Virus record (IMG/VR): IMGVR_UViG_3300022752_004319
Coordinates: 1 to 64,000 of that record
Origin: a virus
Reading direction: 5' to 3' (one strand)
Length of the DNA stretch: 64,000 nt
In this document: piece by piece, positions 48,869-58,874 of the stretch
Layout of the letters: each line of letters begins with the position of its first letter
How positions within the stretch are numbered: position 1 is the first letter of the stretch
Notes under the pieces: generated by a model
The model's database searches: none
What the model was told of the DNA's origin: nothing
What the model saw: the letters and a program-made list of their open reading frames with translations, nothing else
Translations under genes and position numbers: made by a program

Positions 48869-49486
48869 ATGTATATTTCCCAATTAGGTCAAGATAAATT
48901 TATTGACGAATTTTTTGAAAAAAAAGAAAATCTCACATTTCTGGACGTTGGAGCTCATGATGGTGTTACCATATCAAACACTTTTTTTTTAGAAAAGACT
49001 AGAAATTGGAATGGGATATGTATTGAGGCTCAACCTACGATATTTGAAAAATTAAGAGTTAATAGAAATTGTATATGTGTAAATGTTGCTGTTTCAAACT
49101 TTGAAGGTGAAACTGATTTCACATATGTTGAGGGATATGCAAATATGTTGTCAGGTATTTCAGATGAATACAATAAAACACATATAGATCGTATTAAGGG
49201 TGAGGTTAATCATTATGGGGGTGAAATAAATACAATTAAAGTTCCTGTAAAAAAATTACAAACAATATTGGATGAACATAATATGGTTGATATAGATTTC
49301 TGTACTATAGATACCGAAGGTTCCGAATTTAACATTGTTCAATCTATAGATTTTGACAGAACCAATATAAAAGTATTCATAATAGAAAATAACTATAAAG
49401 AAACAAATATCCAAGAATACTTGGAAATAAAGGGTTATCAACTCTATAAAAAATTAGAGTGGGATGATATTTTTATTAAAAAATAA
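48869..49486 (+). CDS. FkbM-family methyltransferase
   Basis: SQLGQD, LDVGAHDG, IDTEGSE, IENN. Confidence 0.88.
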   Translation: MYISQLGQDKFIDEFFEKKENLTFLDVGAHDGVTISNTFFLEKTRNWNGICIEAQPTIFEKLRVNRNCICVNVAVSNFEGETDFTYVEGYANMLSGISDEYNKTHIDRIKGEVNHYGGEINTIKVPVKKLQTILDEHNMVDIDFCTIDTEGSEFNIVQSIDFDRTNIKVFIIENNYKETNIQEYLEIKGYQLYKKLEWDDIFIKK

Positions 49487-49491
49487 TTGAA

Positions 49492-50304
49492 ATGAAAAAA
49501 ATAAATTTTTTTGACGAAAATTTGTTAGGTCAACCAGGTCTATCTAGATATCTATCACCAAATTTAGATTGGTGCCGAGAAACTAATGATTACGATATCG
49601 CAATTTATACTGATAAAATGTGTTTTTCACAAAAATTAGATAATTCAAAAATAAATTGTGCTTGGATTATAGAGCCACCAATCATTAACGTTGAAAATTA
49701 TCGTGACATTGTGATTAGTCAAGATAATTTTAAATACGTTTTTACACACAATAAAAATACATTATCCAATTTAAGAAACGGAGTATATGTACCTCACGGA
49801 GGTACATGGTTAAGAGAAGAAGATATTAACGTTCATCACAAAACTAAAAATTGTAGTTTTATTTTTTCAAACAAGGATTGGAATTCATACCATAGACTAA
49901 GACACAGAATTGCGGTTAGATTTGAAAATGACGATAGGGTTGATTTTTTTGGAAGTGGATCAAAAAACCCAGTAGAATTTAAAATTGAGGCTTTGAAGGA
50001 CTATATGTTTTCAATTGTTGTAGAAAATTCAATTGAATCAGATTACTTCACTGAAAAAATTTTAGATTGTTTTCTATCAGGAACTATTCCAATATATTTG
50101 GGTAGTAAAACAACTTCTAACTATTTTGACAGTGAGGGGATTATTTATTTTGATGGGGATGAAGATTTACCAAATATTTTGGAAACATTAAATACTACGT
50201 TATACGAATCAAAAATTGATTCAGTTAGAAAAAATTTTGAGTTCGCTAAAAAATATGTTTTCCCTGAAAAAATAATTCAAGAATATCTAGATCAAAATGT
50301 TTGA
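49492..50304 (+). CDS. GT10-like glycosyltransferase
   Basis: YMFSIVVENS...YFTEKILDCF...IPIYLG. Confidence 0.8.
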   Translation: MKKINFFDENLLGQPGLSRYLSPNLDWCRETNDYDIAIYTDKMCFSQKLDNSKINCAWIIEPPIINVENYRDIVISQDNFKYVFTHNKNTLSNLRNGVYVPHGGTWLREEDINVHHKTKNCSFIFSNKDWNSYHRLRHRIAVRFENDDRVDFFGSGSKNPVEFKIEALKDYMFSIVVENSIESDYFTEKILDCFLSGTIPIYLGSKTTSNYFDSEGIIYFDGDEDLPNILETLNTTLYESKIDSVRKNFEFAKKYVFPEKIIQEYLDQNV

Positions 50305-51061
50305 CAACATTGTAATTACTGGAGCAAATAATATTTACTACGAATCACTATTGACTTTAATTAGTAGTATTCATAAGTATGCTATCAATCAAGTTGATAA
50401 AGTACTTGTTTATGATTTTGGGTTAGACCCAACTGAAATCGAACATTTGAAAAAACTGAAACTTGTGGAAATAATCACAATTACCGAGGTTTTTCCTGTT
50501 TGTGAAAAAATTACATCAAAAAAAATCAAATCTCATTTTTGGAAGATGTATGCTTTACAAAATTCAAAAAAATTTGGTAAAAACATTTTATGGTTAGATG
50601 CTGGATGTTGTTTAATAGACAATATGTCATCTATTTATGAAAAATTAATAAATGATCAAATTTTTGTGGTTGGGGATTATTCTCATCCAAATTATAACTT
50701 TACACATAGTTTGTGTAAAACAATTATGAATGTTTCTGAAAAAGAAATTAATGATTATCAGATTTCATCTGGTATTTTTGGTTTCGTGTCAGATGGTAAA
50801 TACGATGAATTAATAAATAAAAGTTGGGACTATACTTTGATAGATGGGTGTATTGATGGATTTTATGAAAACCATAGACATGACCAAAGTATTCTTTCAA
50901 TATTGATTTCTAGATATGACTGCCCACGTCAAGACATTGACATCTATGGTTACTGGACAGATATAAATCGAGATTTAGAAAGTGCAAAAAATAAAGGGGC
51001 AGTTATTTTTGTTCATAGACGAGGTTACTGTGATAAAACAAATCTATTATATGAAAATTAA
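50297..51061 (+). CDS. DUF1647-like putative GT-A glycosyltransferase
   Basis: VYDFGL, FWK, LWLDAG, NHRHDQSILS. Confidence 0.6.
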   Translation: MFDNIVITGANNIYYESLLTLISSIHKYAINQVDKVLVYDFGLDPTEIEHLKKLKLVEIITITEVFPVCEKITSKKIKSHFWKMYALQNSKKFGKNILWLDAGCCLIDNMSSIYEKLINDQIFVVGDYSHPNYNFTHSLCKTIMNVSEKEINDYQISSGIFGFVSDGKYDELINKSWDYTLIDGCIDGFYENHRHDQSILSILISRYDCPRQDIDIYGYWTDINRDLESAKNKGAVIFVHRRGYCDKTNLLYEN

Positions 51062-51773
51062 TTTTAATGAAATTCCTAAATTTGTTATAAATTTAGAAAG
51101 AAGATCCGATAGATTAGATTTGGTAACTAAAGAATTTGAGTATATGGGTTGGGAATTTGAAAGATTCAATGCTGTTGATACGAACAGTTATTTAGGTTGT
51201 GCTTATTCCCATCAACAAATAGCTCAAATAATACTAGATAGAGGGTACAAATTTGCTATGGTTTTTGAAGATGACATTTTTTTTATGCCTTATACAAAAA
51301 AAATGATCCCAATTATAGAAGATGAATTGAATAACACTGATTGGGAATTTTTCCATTTTGCACCATCAATACATCGTCCTCTTTTGAAGTGGTCAGATAA
51401 TTTGGTTGATTTAACCAATCCACCACCAAAAAAAGAAAATCATAGAGAAATTTTTGGCACGTCTGGATTTATTTTGACACCATCAGTATGTGATATGATT
51501 ACTAAATGGAACACAAATGAGATAATTGAAAACAGCCATATGCAAAAACCAATAGATGAATTTTTAGCTTTAGCTGTATATCCACGATTACAATCTTTTT
51601 CAGGAAAATATCCACTTGTAACACAGAGGGCAGACTTCTCAGACATAAATCGTACATTTGATAGTAATCATTATGTTATGACTTATCAATGGAATGTTTA
51701 TTATCCAGATAAATTAGATAATCAATACTTGGATTTTGATTATTGCTTAAACTTAAGAAACAATGAAAATTAA
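51051..51773 (+). CDS. GT25-family glycosyltransferase
   Basis: Start re-placed at ATG 51051; VINLERRSDR, FNAVD, GCAYSH, VFEDD. Confidence 0.82.
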   Translation: MKINFNEIPKFVINLERRSDRLDLVTKEFEYMGWEFERFNAVDTNSYLGCAYSHQQIAQIILDRGYKFAMVFEDDIFFMPYTKKMIPIIEDELNNTDWEFFHFAPSIHRPLLKWSDNLVDLTNPPPKKENHREIFGTSGFILTPSVCDMITKWNTNEIIENSHMQKPIDEFLALAVYPRLQSFSGKYPLVTQRADFSDINRTFDSNHYVMTYQWNVYYPDKLDNQYLDFDYCLNLRNNEN

Positions 51774-52644
51774 ATTTATAACTTCTATCTATTCCGATTT
51801 GTATGGTACTGATTTTGGCGGTAGGTCAAACAGACGTGATCACTATCGATACAGTTTACTTTCATTGTTAAAAATGTCAGATGCTGACTTTTTGTGTTAT
51901 ACCTCAGATAGAGAAATTCACGATTTAGAAAATTTTTTTTACGAATTAAATTTTATACCACGTGAAAAATTGGAATTTAGGATACAAGATTTATCAAATA
52001 TTAAGACAACAAATTTATTGAATAGATATAAAAATTATAATGATGCAAAAGTATCTGACAGATGTATTGAAATACAATATTCAAAATTTCATTGGTGGTG
52101 GAACGAAGATAGAAGTTATGATTATTATTATTGGATAGATGCGGGTCTCTCTCATTGTGGATTAATTCCTTTGAAATATTTGACTAGTACTCATATTTTA
52201 GCGCAATACTACGAATCACCATTGTTCAATAATACTTTTCTTCACAATTTGATTAAAGATACGGAAGAAAAGTTTTTAATTTTGGGTAAAGAGAACGATA
52301 GAAACTATTGGGAAGGCACTGTGGATCCTAAATGGTATTTTGAATATGACAGATCAATACATATAATTGGTGGTCTTTTTGGAGGTCATCGAGATAGATG
52401 GGATGAAATTGTCAATTTGTTTGAAGACTATTCACAAAAAGTTACTGAGGACGCACAAAGAGTATATTTTGAAGAAAATATTATGAGTTTAATGTGGGTC
52501 AATCATAAACAATTATTTGTTAGAAAACATTTTGACATATGGTGGTGTCCTGATAGTGGTCCCAGAGATGCGTCACCAGAAATATACACACAAAATAAAA
52601 GTTTTTATAGAATTTTGGAGGAATTTAATAGAATTTATGAATAA
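51763..52644 (+). CDS. HtrL/YibB-like putative glycosyltransferase
   Basis: YSKF, YWIDAG, IGGLFGG, EE motif. Confidence 0.6.
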   Translation: MKIKFITSIYSDLYGTDFGGRSNRRDHYRYSLLSLLKMSDADFLCYTSDREIHDLENFFYELNFIPREKLEFRIQDLSNIKTTNLLNRYKNYNDAKVSDRCIEIQYSKFHWWWNEDRSYDYYYWIDAGLSHCGLIPLKYLTSTHILAQYYESPLFNNTFLHNLIKDTEEKFLILGKENDRNYWEGTVDPKWYFEYDRSIHIIGGLFGGHRDRWDEIVNLFEDYSQKVTEDAQRVYFEENIMSLMWVNHKQLFVRKHFDIWWCPDSGPRDASPEIYTQNKSFYRILEEFNRIYE

Positions 52645-54307
52645 TACAACATTAGTCACTGGTTTATGGAATATAAACCGCGACACATTATCTGAAGGGT
52701 GGTCAAGAAATTTCGATCATTACTTATCAAAATTAGAACAATTATTAAAAATTAACGAAAATCTTATTATTTTTGGAGATAAGGATTTAGAAAAATGGGT
52801 ATTTGAAAGAAGACAACAACATAATACTCAATTTATTGTAAGAGAATTAGATTGGTTCAAAAATGAATTCTACAAAAAAATTCAAAGAATCAGATTGGAT
52901 TCATCATGGTACTCACAATCAAGTTGGTTACCAGAATCAACACAAGCAAAATTAGAAATGTATAACCCATTAGTTATGTCGAAAGTTTTTCTTTTACACG
53001 ACGCAAAAATAATGGACAAATTTGATTCCAAAAATTTATTTTGGATTGACGCTGGGATAACTAATACTGTACACCCAGGTTATTTTACTCACGATAAAGT
53101 ATTAGATAAACTAAATAGATTAAATAATATTACATTTATTGCTTTTCCGTATGATGCTGAGAAAGAAATACATGGTTTTGATTATGAAGAAATATGTAAA
53201 ATATCAAACGCAAAAGTGGATAAAGTGTGTCGTGGCGGGTTTTTTGGAGGACCAAAAGATAAAATCAGTGAATTTAATTCTCTTTATTACCATTTAATGT
53301 CAGATACCCTATCAAGAGGTTTTATGGGTACAGAAGAATCTTTATTTACAATTTTGATTTATCAAAATTCAGAAAATTTTCAATATTACAAAATAGAACA
53401 TAATGGTTTAATTTCAAAATTTTTCGAGGATTTAAAAAATGATACTCATGTTTTGATGTCTGAGAACGTTTTTGGTGTAGACACAAACAATTCAGATGTA
53501 AATAATACAGCACTTTATGTGATCACATTTAATAGTCCAAAACAATTTGAAACTTTGATAGAATCAATGATTCAATATGACTGTAATTTTATAGACAAAC
53601 CAAAAAAGTACTTGTTAAATAATTCAAGTGATGATTCAACATTTGACAAGTATGAACAGTTGTGTGCTGAATATGAATTTGAACATATCAAAAAAGATAA
53701 TCTTGGAATTTGTGGTGGACGACAATTCATAGCTGAACATGCTGAAGCTAACGATTTTGATTATTATTTCTTTTTTGAAGATGATATGTTTTTTTATCCA
53801 AAAAAAGGAGAAACCTGTAGAAATGGGTTTAATAGATATGTAGATAATTTTTATAATAATATACTTCAAATTACTCAGAAAAATAATTTTGACTTTATAA
53901 AGTTTAATTATTCAGAGTTTTTTGGTGACAACGGTGTCCAATGGTCTTGGTATAATGTACCACAAAGTGTCAGAGAACAACATTGGCCAAATAAAAATAA
54001 ACTACCAGTACAAGGATTAGATCCAAATGCACCGCTAACAAATTACAAAAATATTAGATCTCATAATGGAATTCCTTTTATTGATGGAGAAGTATATTAT
54101 TCTAATTGGCCTCAAGTAGTATCAAAAGAAGGAAATAAAAAAATGTTTATAGAGACTACGTGGGCACACCCGTTCGAACAAACTTGGATGAGCCACATTT
54201 TTCAAGAGACTATTAAAGGACGAATAAATCCAGCTTTACTTTTGATGACACCCACAGAACATAATAGGTTCGATTTTTACGCAAAAGAATTAAGAAAAGA
54301 ATCTTAG
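52637..54307 (+). CDS. HtrL/YibB-like domain fused to GT2-like domain
   Basis: Start re-placed at MNNTTLVTGLWNI; WIDAG, GGFFGG, GTEES; C-half NLGICGGR, FFEDDM. Confidence 0.68.
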   Translation: MNNTTLVTGLWNINRDTLSEGWSRNFDHYLSKLEQLLKINENLIIFGDKDLEKWVFERRQQHNTQFIVRELDWFKNEFYKKIQRIRLDSSWYSQSSWLPESTQAKLEMYNPLVMSKVFLLHDAKIMDKFDSKNLFWIDAGITNTVHPGYFTHDKVLDKLNRLNNITFIAFPYDAEKEIHGFDYEEICKISNAKVDKVCRGGFFGGPKDKISEFNSLYYHLMSDTLSRGFMGTEESLFTILIYQNSENFQYYKIEHNGLISKFFEDLKNDTHVLMSENVFGVDTNNSDVNNTALYVITFNSPKQFETLIESMIQYDCNFIDKPKKYLLNNSSDDSTFDKYEQLCAEYEFEHIKKDNLGICGGRQFIAEHAEANDFDYYFFFEDDMFFYPKKGETCRNGFNRYVDNFYNNILQITQKNNFDFIKFNYSEFFGDNGVQWSWYNVPQSVREQHWPNKNKLPVQGLDPNAPLTNYKNIRSHNGIPFIDGEVYYSNWPQVVSKEGNKKMFIETTWAHPFEQTWMSHIFQETIKGRINPALLLMTPTEHNRFDFYAKELRKES

Positions 54308-54311
54308 TAAG

Positions 54312-54318
54312 TATTTAT
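54312..54318 (+). promoter_or_regulatory. TATTTAT putative late-promoter motif
   Basis: 12 nt before ATG 54331. Confidence 0.55.
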
Positions 54319-54330
54319 TGTAAAAATCGG

Positions 54331-54711
54331 ATGAATTTTTACATAAATAAAAACGCAAACTTACCACTTCTAAAAATGCAAGTGGTGAAGGATGGTAGGA
54401 GTGAATATCAAGAATTCATGCGGCTACTAGAAACATCTTCAATCTTTTTCACAATGATCAATAGTGAATCAGGTATTCCGAAGATTGTTTCAAAACCAGC
54501 GTACATTGTCGAGTTGACTAACGTTGACGACAATGCTCAAGTCGAATATTATGTTTATTTCAGGTTTACAAAAAAAGATACAAATAAGGTAGGAACCTAC
54601 AAAGGTCAGTTTTTAATTAAATCAACAGAAGGTGATCTTATTTTACCTTTGAGAGATGAATTGAACATTTATATCCAAGAAAGTTTTATTATTGACAGTC
54701 CGTGTTGTTAA
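54331..54711 (+). CDS. Small BppU-N-like (baseplate/fibre attachment) protein
   Basis: FYINKNANLPLL...YFRFTKKDTNKVGTYKGQFLI pattern. Confidence 0.5.
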   Translation: MNFYINKNANLPLLKMQVVKDGRSEYQEFMRLLETSSIFFTMINSESGIPKIVSKPAYIVELTNVDDNAQVEYYVYFRFTKKDTNKVGTYKGQFLIKSTEGDLILPLRDELNIYIQESFIIDSPCC

Positions 54712-54751
54712 AAAAAAAATTACTAATTTGTTTACTTTTTTTTTTGTTTGA

Positions 54752-54758
54752 TATTTAT
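54752..54758 (+). promoter_or_regulatory. TATTTAT putative late-promoter motif
   Basis: 19 nt before ATG 54778. Confidence 0.55.
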
Positions 54759-54777
54759 GTGAAACAATTATAAAAAT

Positions 54778-57700
54778 ATGTCATGTGTAATCTCCCAAAT
54801 TGAAAATTCTACTAAAGAATTAGTAACTATATCATATACCAATTGTGAAGGTACAAATATTACTAATCAGAAAATAGCACCTAGAACTATAATCTCTGTA
54901 ATTTACATTCAGGGTACATTCAGTACCGCTTTTGAGGGTGTTTACATTTTGAGTACACAACCGTATGGGGTGACACCAACACCAACTCAAACACAAGGAC
55001 CTTTGACACCTACGTCAACTCCTAGTCAAACGACAGTTCCACCAACACCAACTGCGACACCAAATGTCACCAACACCTCGACGCCATCCCAAACACCAAC
55101 ACAAACACCAACACGGACTGTTGGATTTACACCGACACAAACACAAACACCAACACGAACTTTACCATTTACAGGTAATTGTGTCAATTGTAATTATTAC
55201 AATGTACAGGGAACTGGATATTTGACATACACAGCATGTTCTAGTTCCACAAATAGTTATGGATTAATACAAAATAGTTATATTGATACCCCTACAGGTG
55301 GCTTTATTGTAATAAATGCCGCTGGAACTCCACAAGTGGTTGGTTCGATAACAATTACACAATTACAACCTAGTGGTTTAGCTTGCGGTACTCCACCATC
55401 AGCAACACCTGTAGGTCCGACACCAACAAACACACCTACAAGTTCTCCGACACCAAGTACTGGATCTGGTCAAAGAATTTCATGTCTCGAGTATAATTTG
55501 AATACATTATCACGTGGAATGGACGAAGCAAATGTTAACATTTATTATACAGATTGTACAACAGGTCAAATATTCATTCAAAGTATGACACCGGGTTTAG
55601 AAACCACAATTTGTTCTAGAAGTTTTCCATATTTTACAGCAGATACAAAAAATGTCTTGATTAACACATCAAATAACCTTTGTGGTAATTTTGTGGTAAA
55701 TCAAACACCAGAACCAACACCAACAAATACTTTAACACCAAATCTTTATACAGTATATCAAGTACAAGATTGTGGAAATGGTTATTTTTACACCGTGAAC
55801 GTACCAAAGTATTCGGGTTTGAGTATTGGTAATATAATTTCATTCAATGATCCAAGCCAAACTTGTGATATTACAGGACAACCTAATTTAAGGTGTGGTA
55901 GATTGAACGCAGTATTGACTAATTATTATGCTGAATCAGTTAGTTATACTTTATTTGATAGTTGTGAAACATGTTCACCCTCGGTCACTCCTACTATGAC
56001 CGCAACATCTACTATTACACCAACTCAAACACCAACAATGCCACTAGATCCTTTGGATTGTGTTTCTTACATCATATCGAATAGTGGTGTAACTTCAGTG
56101 ACTTGGGCATATGTGGATTGTAATAATCTACAAACTCTTTACTTAAATGTCTCTCCACTTACGTACAATCAAGGATTATTGTCATTAATACAACCTGTTT
56201 TGATTTCTGGTGATTCATCAGTTACAAGTGTCATTACGGGAGGAGCTATAGGTCTTATTGTTCCGACACCAACAAGTACAAGCACACCGCAACCAACATC
56301 TACACCAACATCAACTATAGGTCAAACACCAACTCAGACTCCAAGTGTAACAGCATCACCAACACAAACTTGTTTGAATAGTCAACCATGTCAAAGATAT
56401 TCATTGCAAGCAATTTCAACATCTGCAGGTACATTTTTTGCTGTTTATAGAATTACACAATGTAATACTTTCACTCAAGATTGGTCTGTGAATGGATCCT
56501 CACCTGTTGAAGTGTGTTCTTTAACTGTACCAGTCTTAATAAACGGTACTGGTCTATCACCTGTAGTTGTTGGAACTTGTGAAAGAGTTTGTTTACCGCC
56601 ATCACCAACACCAACATCAACTAAAACTTTTGTAACACCAACACCATTTGTAACGTCAACACCAACACCTTCAGTAACTTGTCCTGGAGTTGGTGTTGAA
56701 TGTACTCTTAGATTTCCACGTTTAAATGCACAATCTTACAATCAATTGATAGCTATTGGTCAATATCCTGTAAAAGCAAATTATACTGGTTGTACAGGTA
56801 TTGCTGGGGAAATTATAATTTCAGCTAATACAATACAAGTTCCTAATACAAATTTTTATAGTTCAAATATACCAGTTTGTGTTTCGAATACTGAAACAGT
56901 GTTTCGTAATATGAACAACGAAATCGTAAATGTATTCTCAAATTGGTCCTCAAGTGCAGGTCCTTGTGGTCAATACTGTATTCCACCAACACCAACACCG
57001 ACAATTTCATTAACACCATCAATGACACCATCGACTTCAATTGCGGCAACATCTAATGATACAATTTTCTTATACTATGCGCAATCAGGTGATACGATAT
57101 CATTACCTTATATTCAAGGTGGTGATTACGATGGTACAATCTATTGGGGTGATGGAACTTCGTCGGTAAATAGTTACGCAAACAGAACACACACATACAA
57201 TAATAATACTGGAACATTAAGAAATCCTGATTTCCCAATATGGACAGATCCGAACAATGTTAGAAGAATTGTTATTGTCGGAAAAGTGTGGGGTTTTTCT
57301 TTGAAAGATGTACCTTTAAGTGAAAAAATACGATTCAAGGGCATTCAAAATTGGGGTAATTTTAGTTTCTATAATAATGATGGTTATTATTTCAATTATT
57401 TAGATTTAGTAACCGAAACAACTACTTTATTATACGGAATTGCTTTACCAACAACTGGTTATCCACTTTTAACTTACAGTGGTGGTAATATAACTAATAT
57501 GGAATTTGCATTTGCTGGTGCAAGTCCTTATGGTTACTCAACAACAACTAATGTTCCATTTGATGCTAGTAATTTCAATGTTTCTGGAATAACAAATATG
57601 CGAGGTATGTTTAATTTTAATTGGAATACAGTAAGTGGTCTAGATTACTGGGATACTTCAAATGTAACAAATATGTCTAAAATGTTTAAAAACGGATATA

Positions 57701-58848
57701 GTGGTGATGTGACTAGGTGGAACACCTCGTCAGTTACTGATTTGTCTGAAATTTTTATGTACATTGGTAATTTTGTATCAACACCACTTTCATTAGCTTC
57801 AACAGGATCAAGTCGTTGGGATGTTAGTAATGTTACAGATTTTTCTAGAGCTTTCTATGGTAACAACAAATTTAGAGGATTAAATAGTTCGGCGTCAGAA
57901 AATGATGTAATCGCGTATTGGAATACTTGGCAATACTGGGATGTAAGTTCTGGTGAAAATTTTGATGAAATGTTCAGATTTGCTGGTGGCGCACAGGATT
58001 TCAGTGGATCAACAGGTGTTACTATAAGTTATACTGGTTGGTGTACAACAAATGCACAACAATATTATAATTTTTCTTTTGGGACTGAACTGTACAAATT
58101 AAAAATTATCCCACCAATTTGGGGTACTTGTCCAGCCCCCCTCCCAACACAAACACCATTTGCAACACCAAGTCCAACACCGACAACTAGTATAACACCA
58201 TCACCATCGGTAACAACATCGGTCACACCGTCGGTAACAATAACCAATACCCAAACTGTTTCTCCGACCCAAACACCAACAACAACTGTAACTCCAAGTA
58301 ATTCGGTAACACCGACGACTACAAACACACCAAGTGTTTCACCAACAAACACAACAACACCAACAAATACCGTATCACCCACACAATCACCATCCATTAC
58401 ACCAACTAGTACCCAGACTGGAACACCACCACCATCAGGAACAAACTTCCCAACTCCAACACCGTCAGTCACAAACACTCAAACACCAACAACAACTGTA
58501 ACTCCAAGTAACTCTGTAACACCGACGACTACAAACACACCAAGTGTTTCACCAACGAACACAACAACACCAACGGTAACTAACACACCATCATCTAGTG
58601 GTATTGTGTCTTACACTTACACCAACTTAGGTACTGGCGGAAGTGATACTGAAGCTTGCTCAGAAAGTGGAAACACATTCTATGGTGTGAGATCAACATT
58701 TGCTGGTTTACAAATTGGTGATATACTTTACACAGATTCAGGTTTGACCACTGCAGCTGTCGGATTTAGTTATGTATCGAATAGTGTTATTAATTACCCT
58801 GTTGATGGTGGAACAGGTCAAATTATAGCAATCTCAGCTCTCTGTTAA
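54778..58848 (+). CDS. Giant mucin-like protein: Cys modules, T/P linkers, PKD-like and DUF285/BspA-like repeats (1356 aa)
   Basis: Repeated C..Y...YxxC modules; IYWGDG; WDTSNVTNMSKMF-type repeats; long T/P/S tract near C-terminus. Confidence 0.8.
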   Translation: MSCVISQIENSTKELVTISYTNCEGTNITNQKIAPRTIISVIYIQGTFSTAFEGVYILSTQPYGVTPTPTQTQGPLTPTSTPSQTTVPPTPTATPNVTNTSTPSQTPTQTPTRTVGFTPTQTQTPTRTLPFTGNCVNCNYYNVQGTGYLTYTACSSSTNSYGLIQNSYIDTPTGGFIVINAAGTPQVVGSITITQLQPSGLACGTPPSATPVGPTPTNTPTSSPTPSTGSGQRISCLEYNLNTLSRGMDEANVNIYYTDCTTGQIFIQSMTPGLETTICSRSFPYFTADTKNVLINTSNNLCGNFVVNQTPEPTPTNTLTPNLYTVYQVQDCGNGYFYTVNVPKYSGLSIGNIISFNDPSQTCDITGQPNLRCGRLNAVLTNYYAESVSYTLFDSCETCSPSVTPTMTATSTITPTQTPTMPLDPLDCVSYIISNSGVTSVTWAYVDCNNLQTLYLNVSPLTYNQGLLSLIQPVLISGDSSVTSVITGGAIGLIVPTPTSTSTPQPTSTPTSTIGQTPTQTPSVTASPTQTCLNSQPCQRYSLQAISTSAGTFFAVYRITQCNTFTQDWSVNGSSPVEVCSLTVPVLINGTGLSPVVVGTCERVCLPPSPTPTSTKTFVTPTPFVTSTPTPSVTCPGVGVECTLRFPRLNAQSYNQLIAIGQYPVKANYTGCTGIAGEIIISANTIQVPNTNFYSSNIPVCVSNTETVFRNMNNEIVNVFSNWSSSAGPCGQYCIPPTPTPTISLTPSMTPSTSIAATSNDTIFLYYAQSGDTISLPYIQGGDYDGTIYWGDGTSSVNSYANRTHTYNNNTGTLRNPDFPIWTDPNNVRRIVIVGKVWGFSLKDVPLSEKIRFKGIQNWGNFSFYNNDGYYFNYLDLVTETTTLLYGIALPTTGYPLLTYSGGNITNMEFAFAGASPYGYSTTTNVPFDASNFNVSGITNMRGMFNFNWNTVSGLDYWDTSNVTNMSKMFKNGYSGDVTRWNTSSVTDLSEIFMYIGNFVSTPLSLASTGSSRWDVSNVTDFSRAFYGNNKFRGLNSSASENDVIAYWNTWQYWDVSSGENFDEMFRFAGGAQDFSGSTGVTISYTGWCTTNAQQYYNFSFGTELYKLKIIPPIWGTCPAPLPTQTPFATPSPTPTTSITPSPSVTTSVTPSVTITNTQTVSPTQTPTTTVTPSNSVTPTTTNTPSVSPTNTTTPTNTVSPTQSPSITPTSTQTGTPPPSGTNFPTPTPSVTNTQTPTTTVTPSNSVTPTTTNTPSVSPTNTTTPTVTNTPSSSGIVSYTYTNLGTGGSDTEACSESGNTFYGVRSTFAGLQIGDILYTDSGLTTAAVGFSYVSNSVINYPVDGGTGQIIAISALC
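58270..58574 (+). repeat. Direct duplication of about 95 bp within the T/P tract (58270 and 58480)
   Basis: QTPTTTVTPSNSVTPTTTNTPSVSPTNTTTPT twice, 3 synonymous mismatches. Confidence 0.9.
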
Positions 58849-58874
58849 AATAAATAATTTACAAAAAATACAAT

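Noticed and set aside
54710-54745. A10 and T10 tracts as phase-variation switch or terminator
   Set aside because: Homopolymers are common in this AT-rich sequence and there is no GC stem; unsupported without read data.
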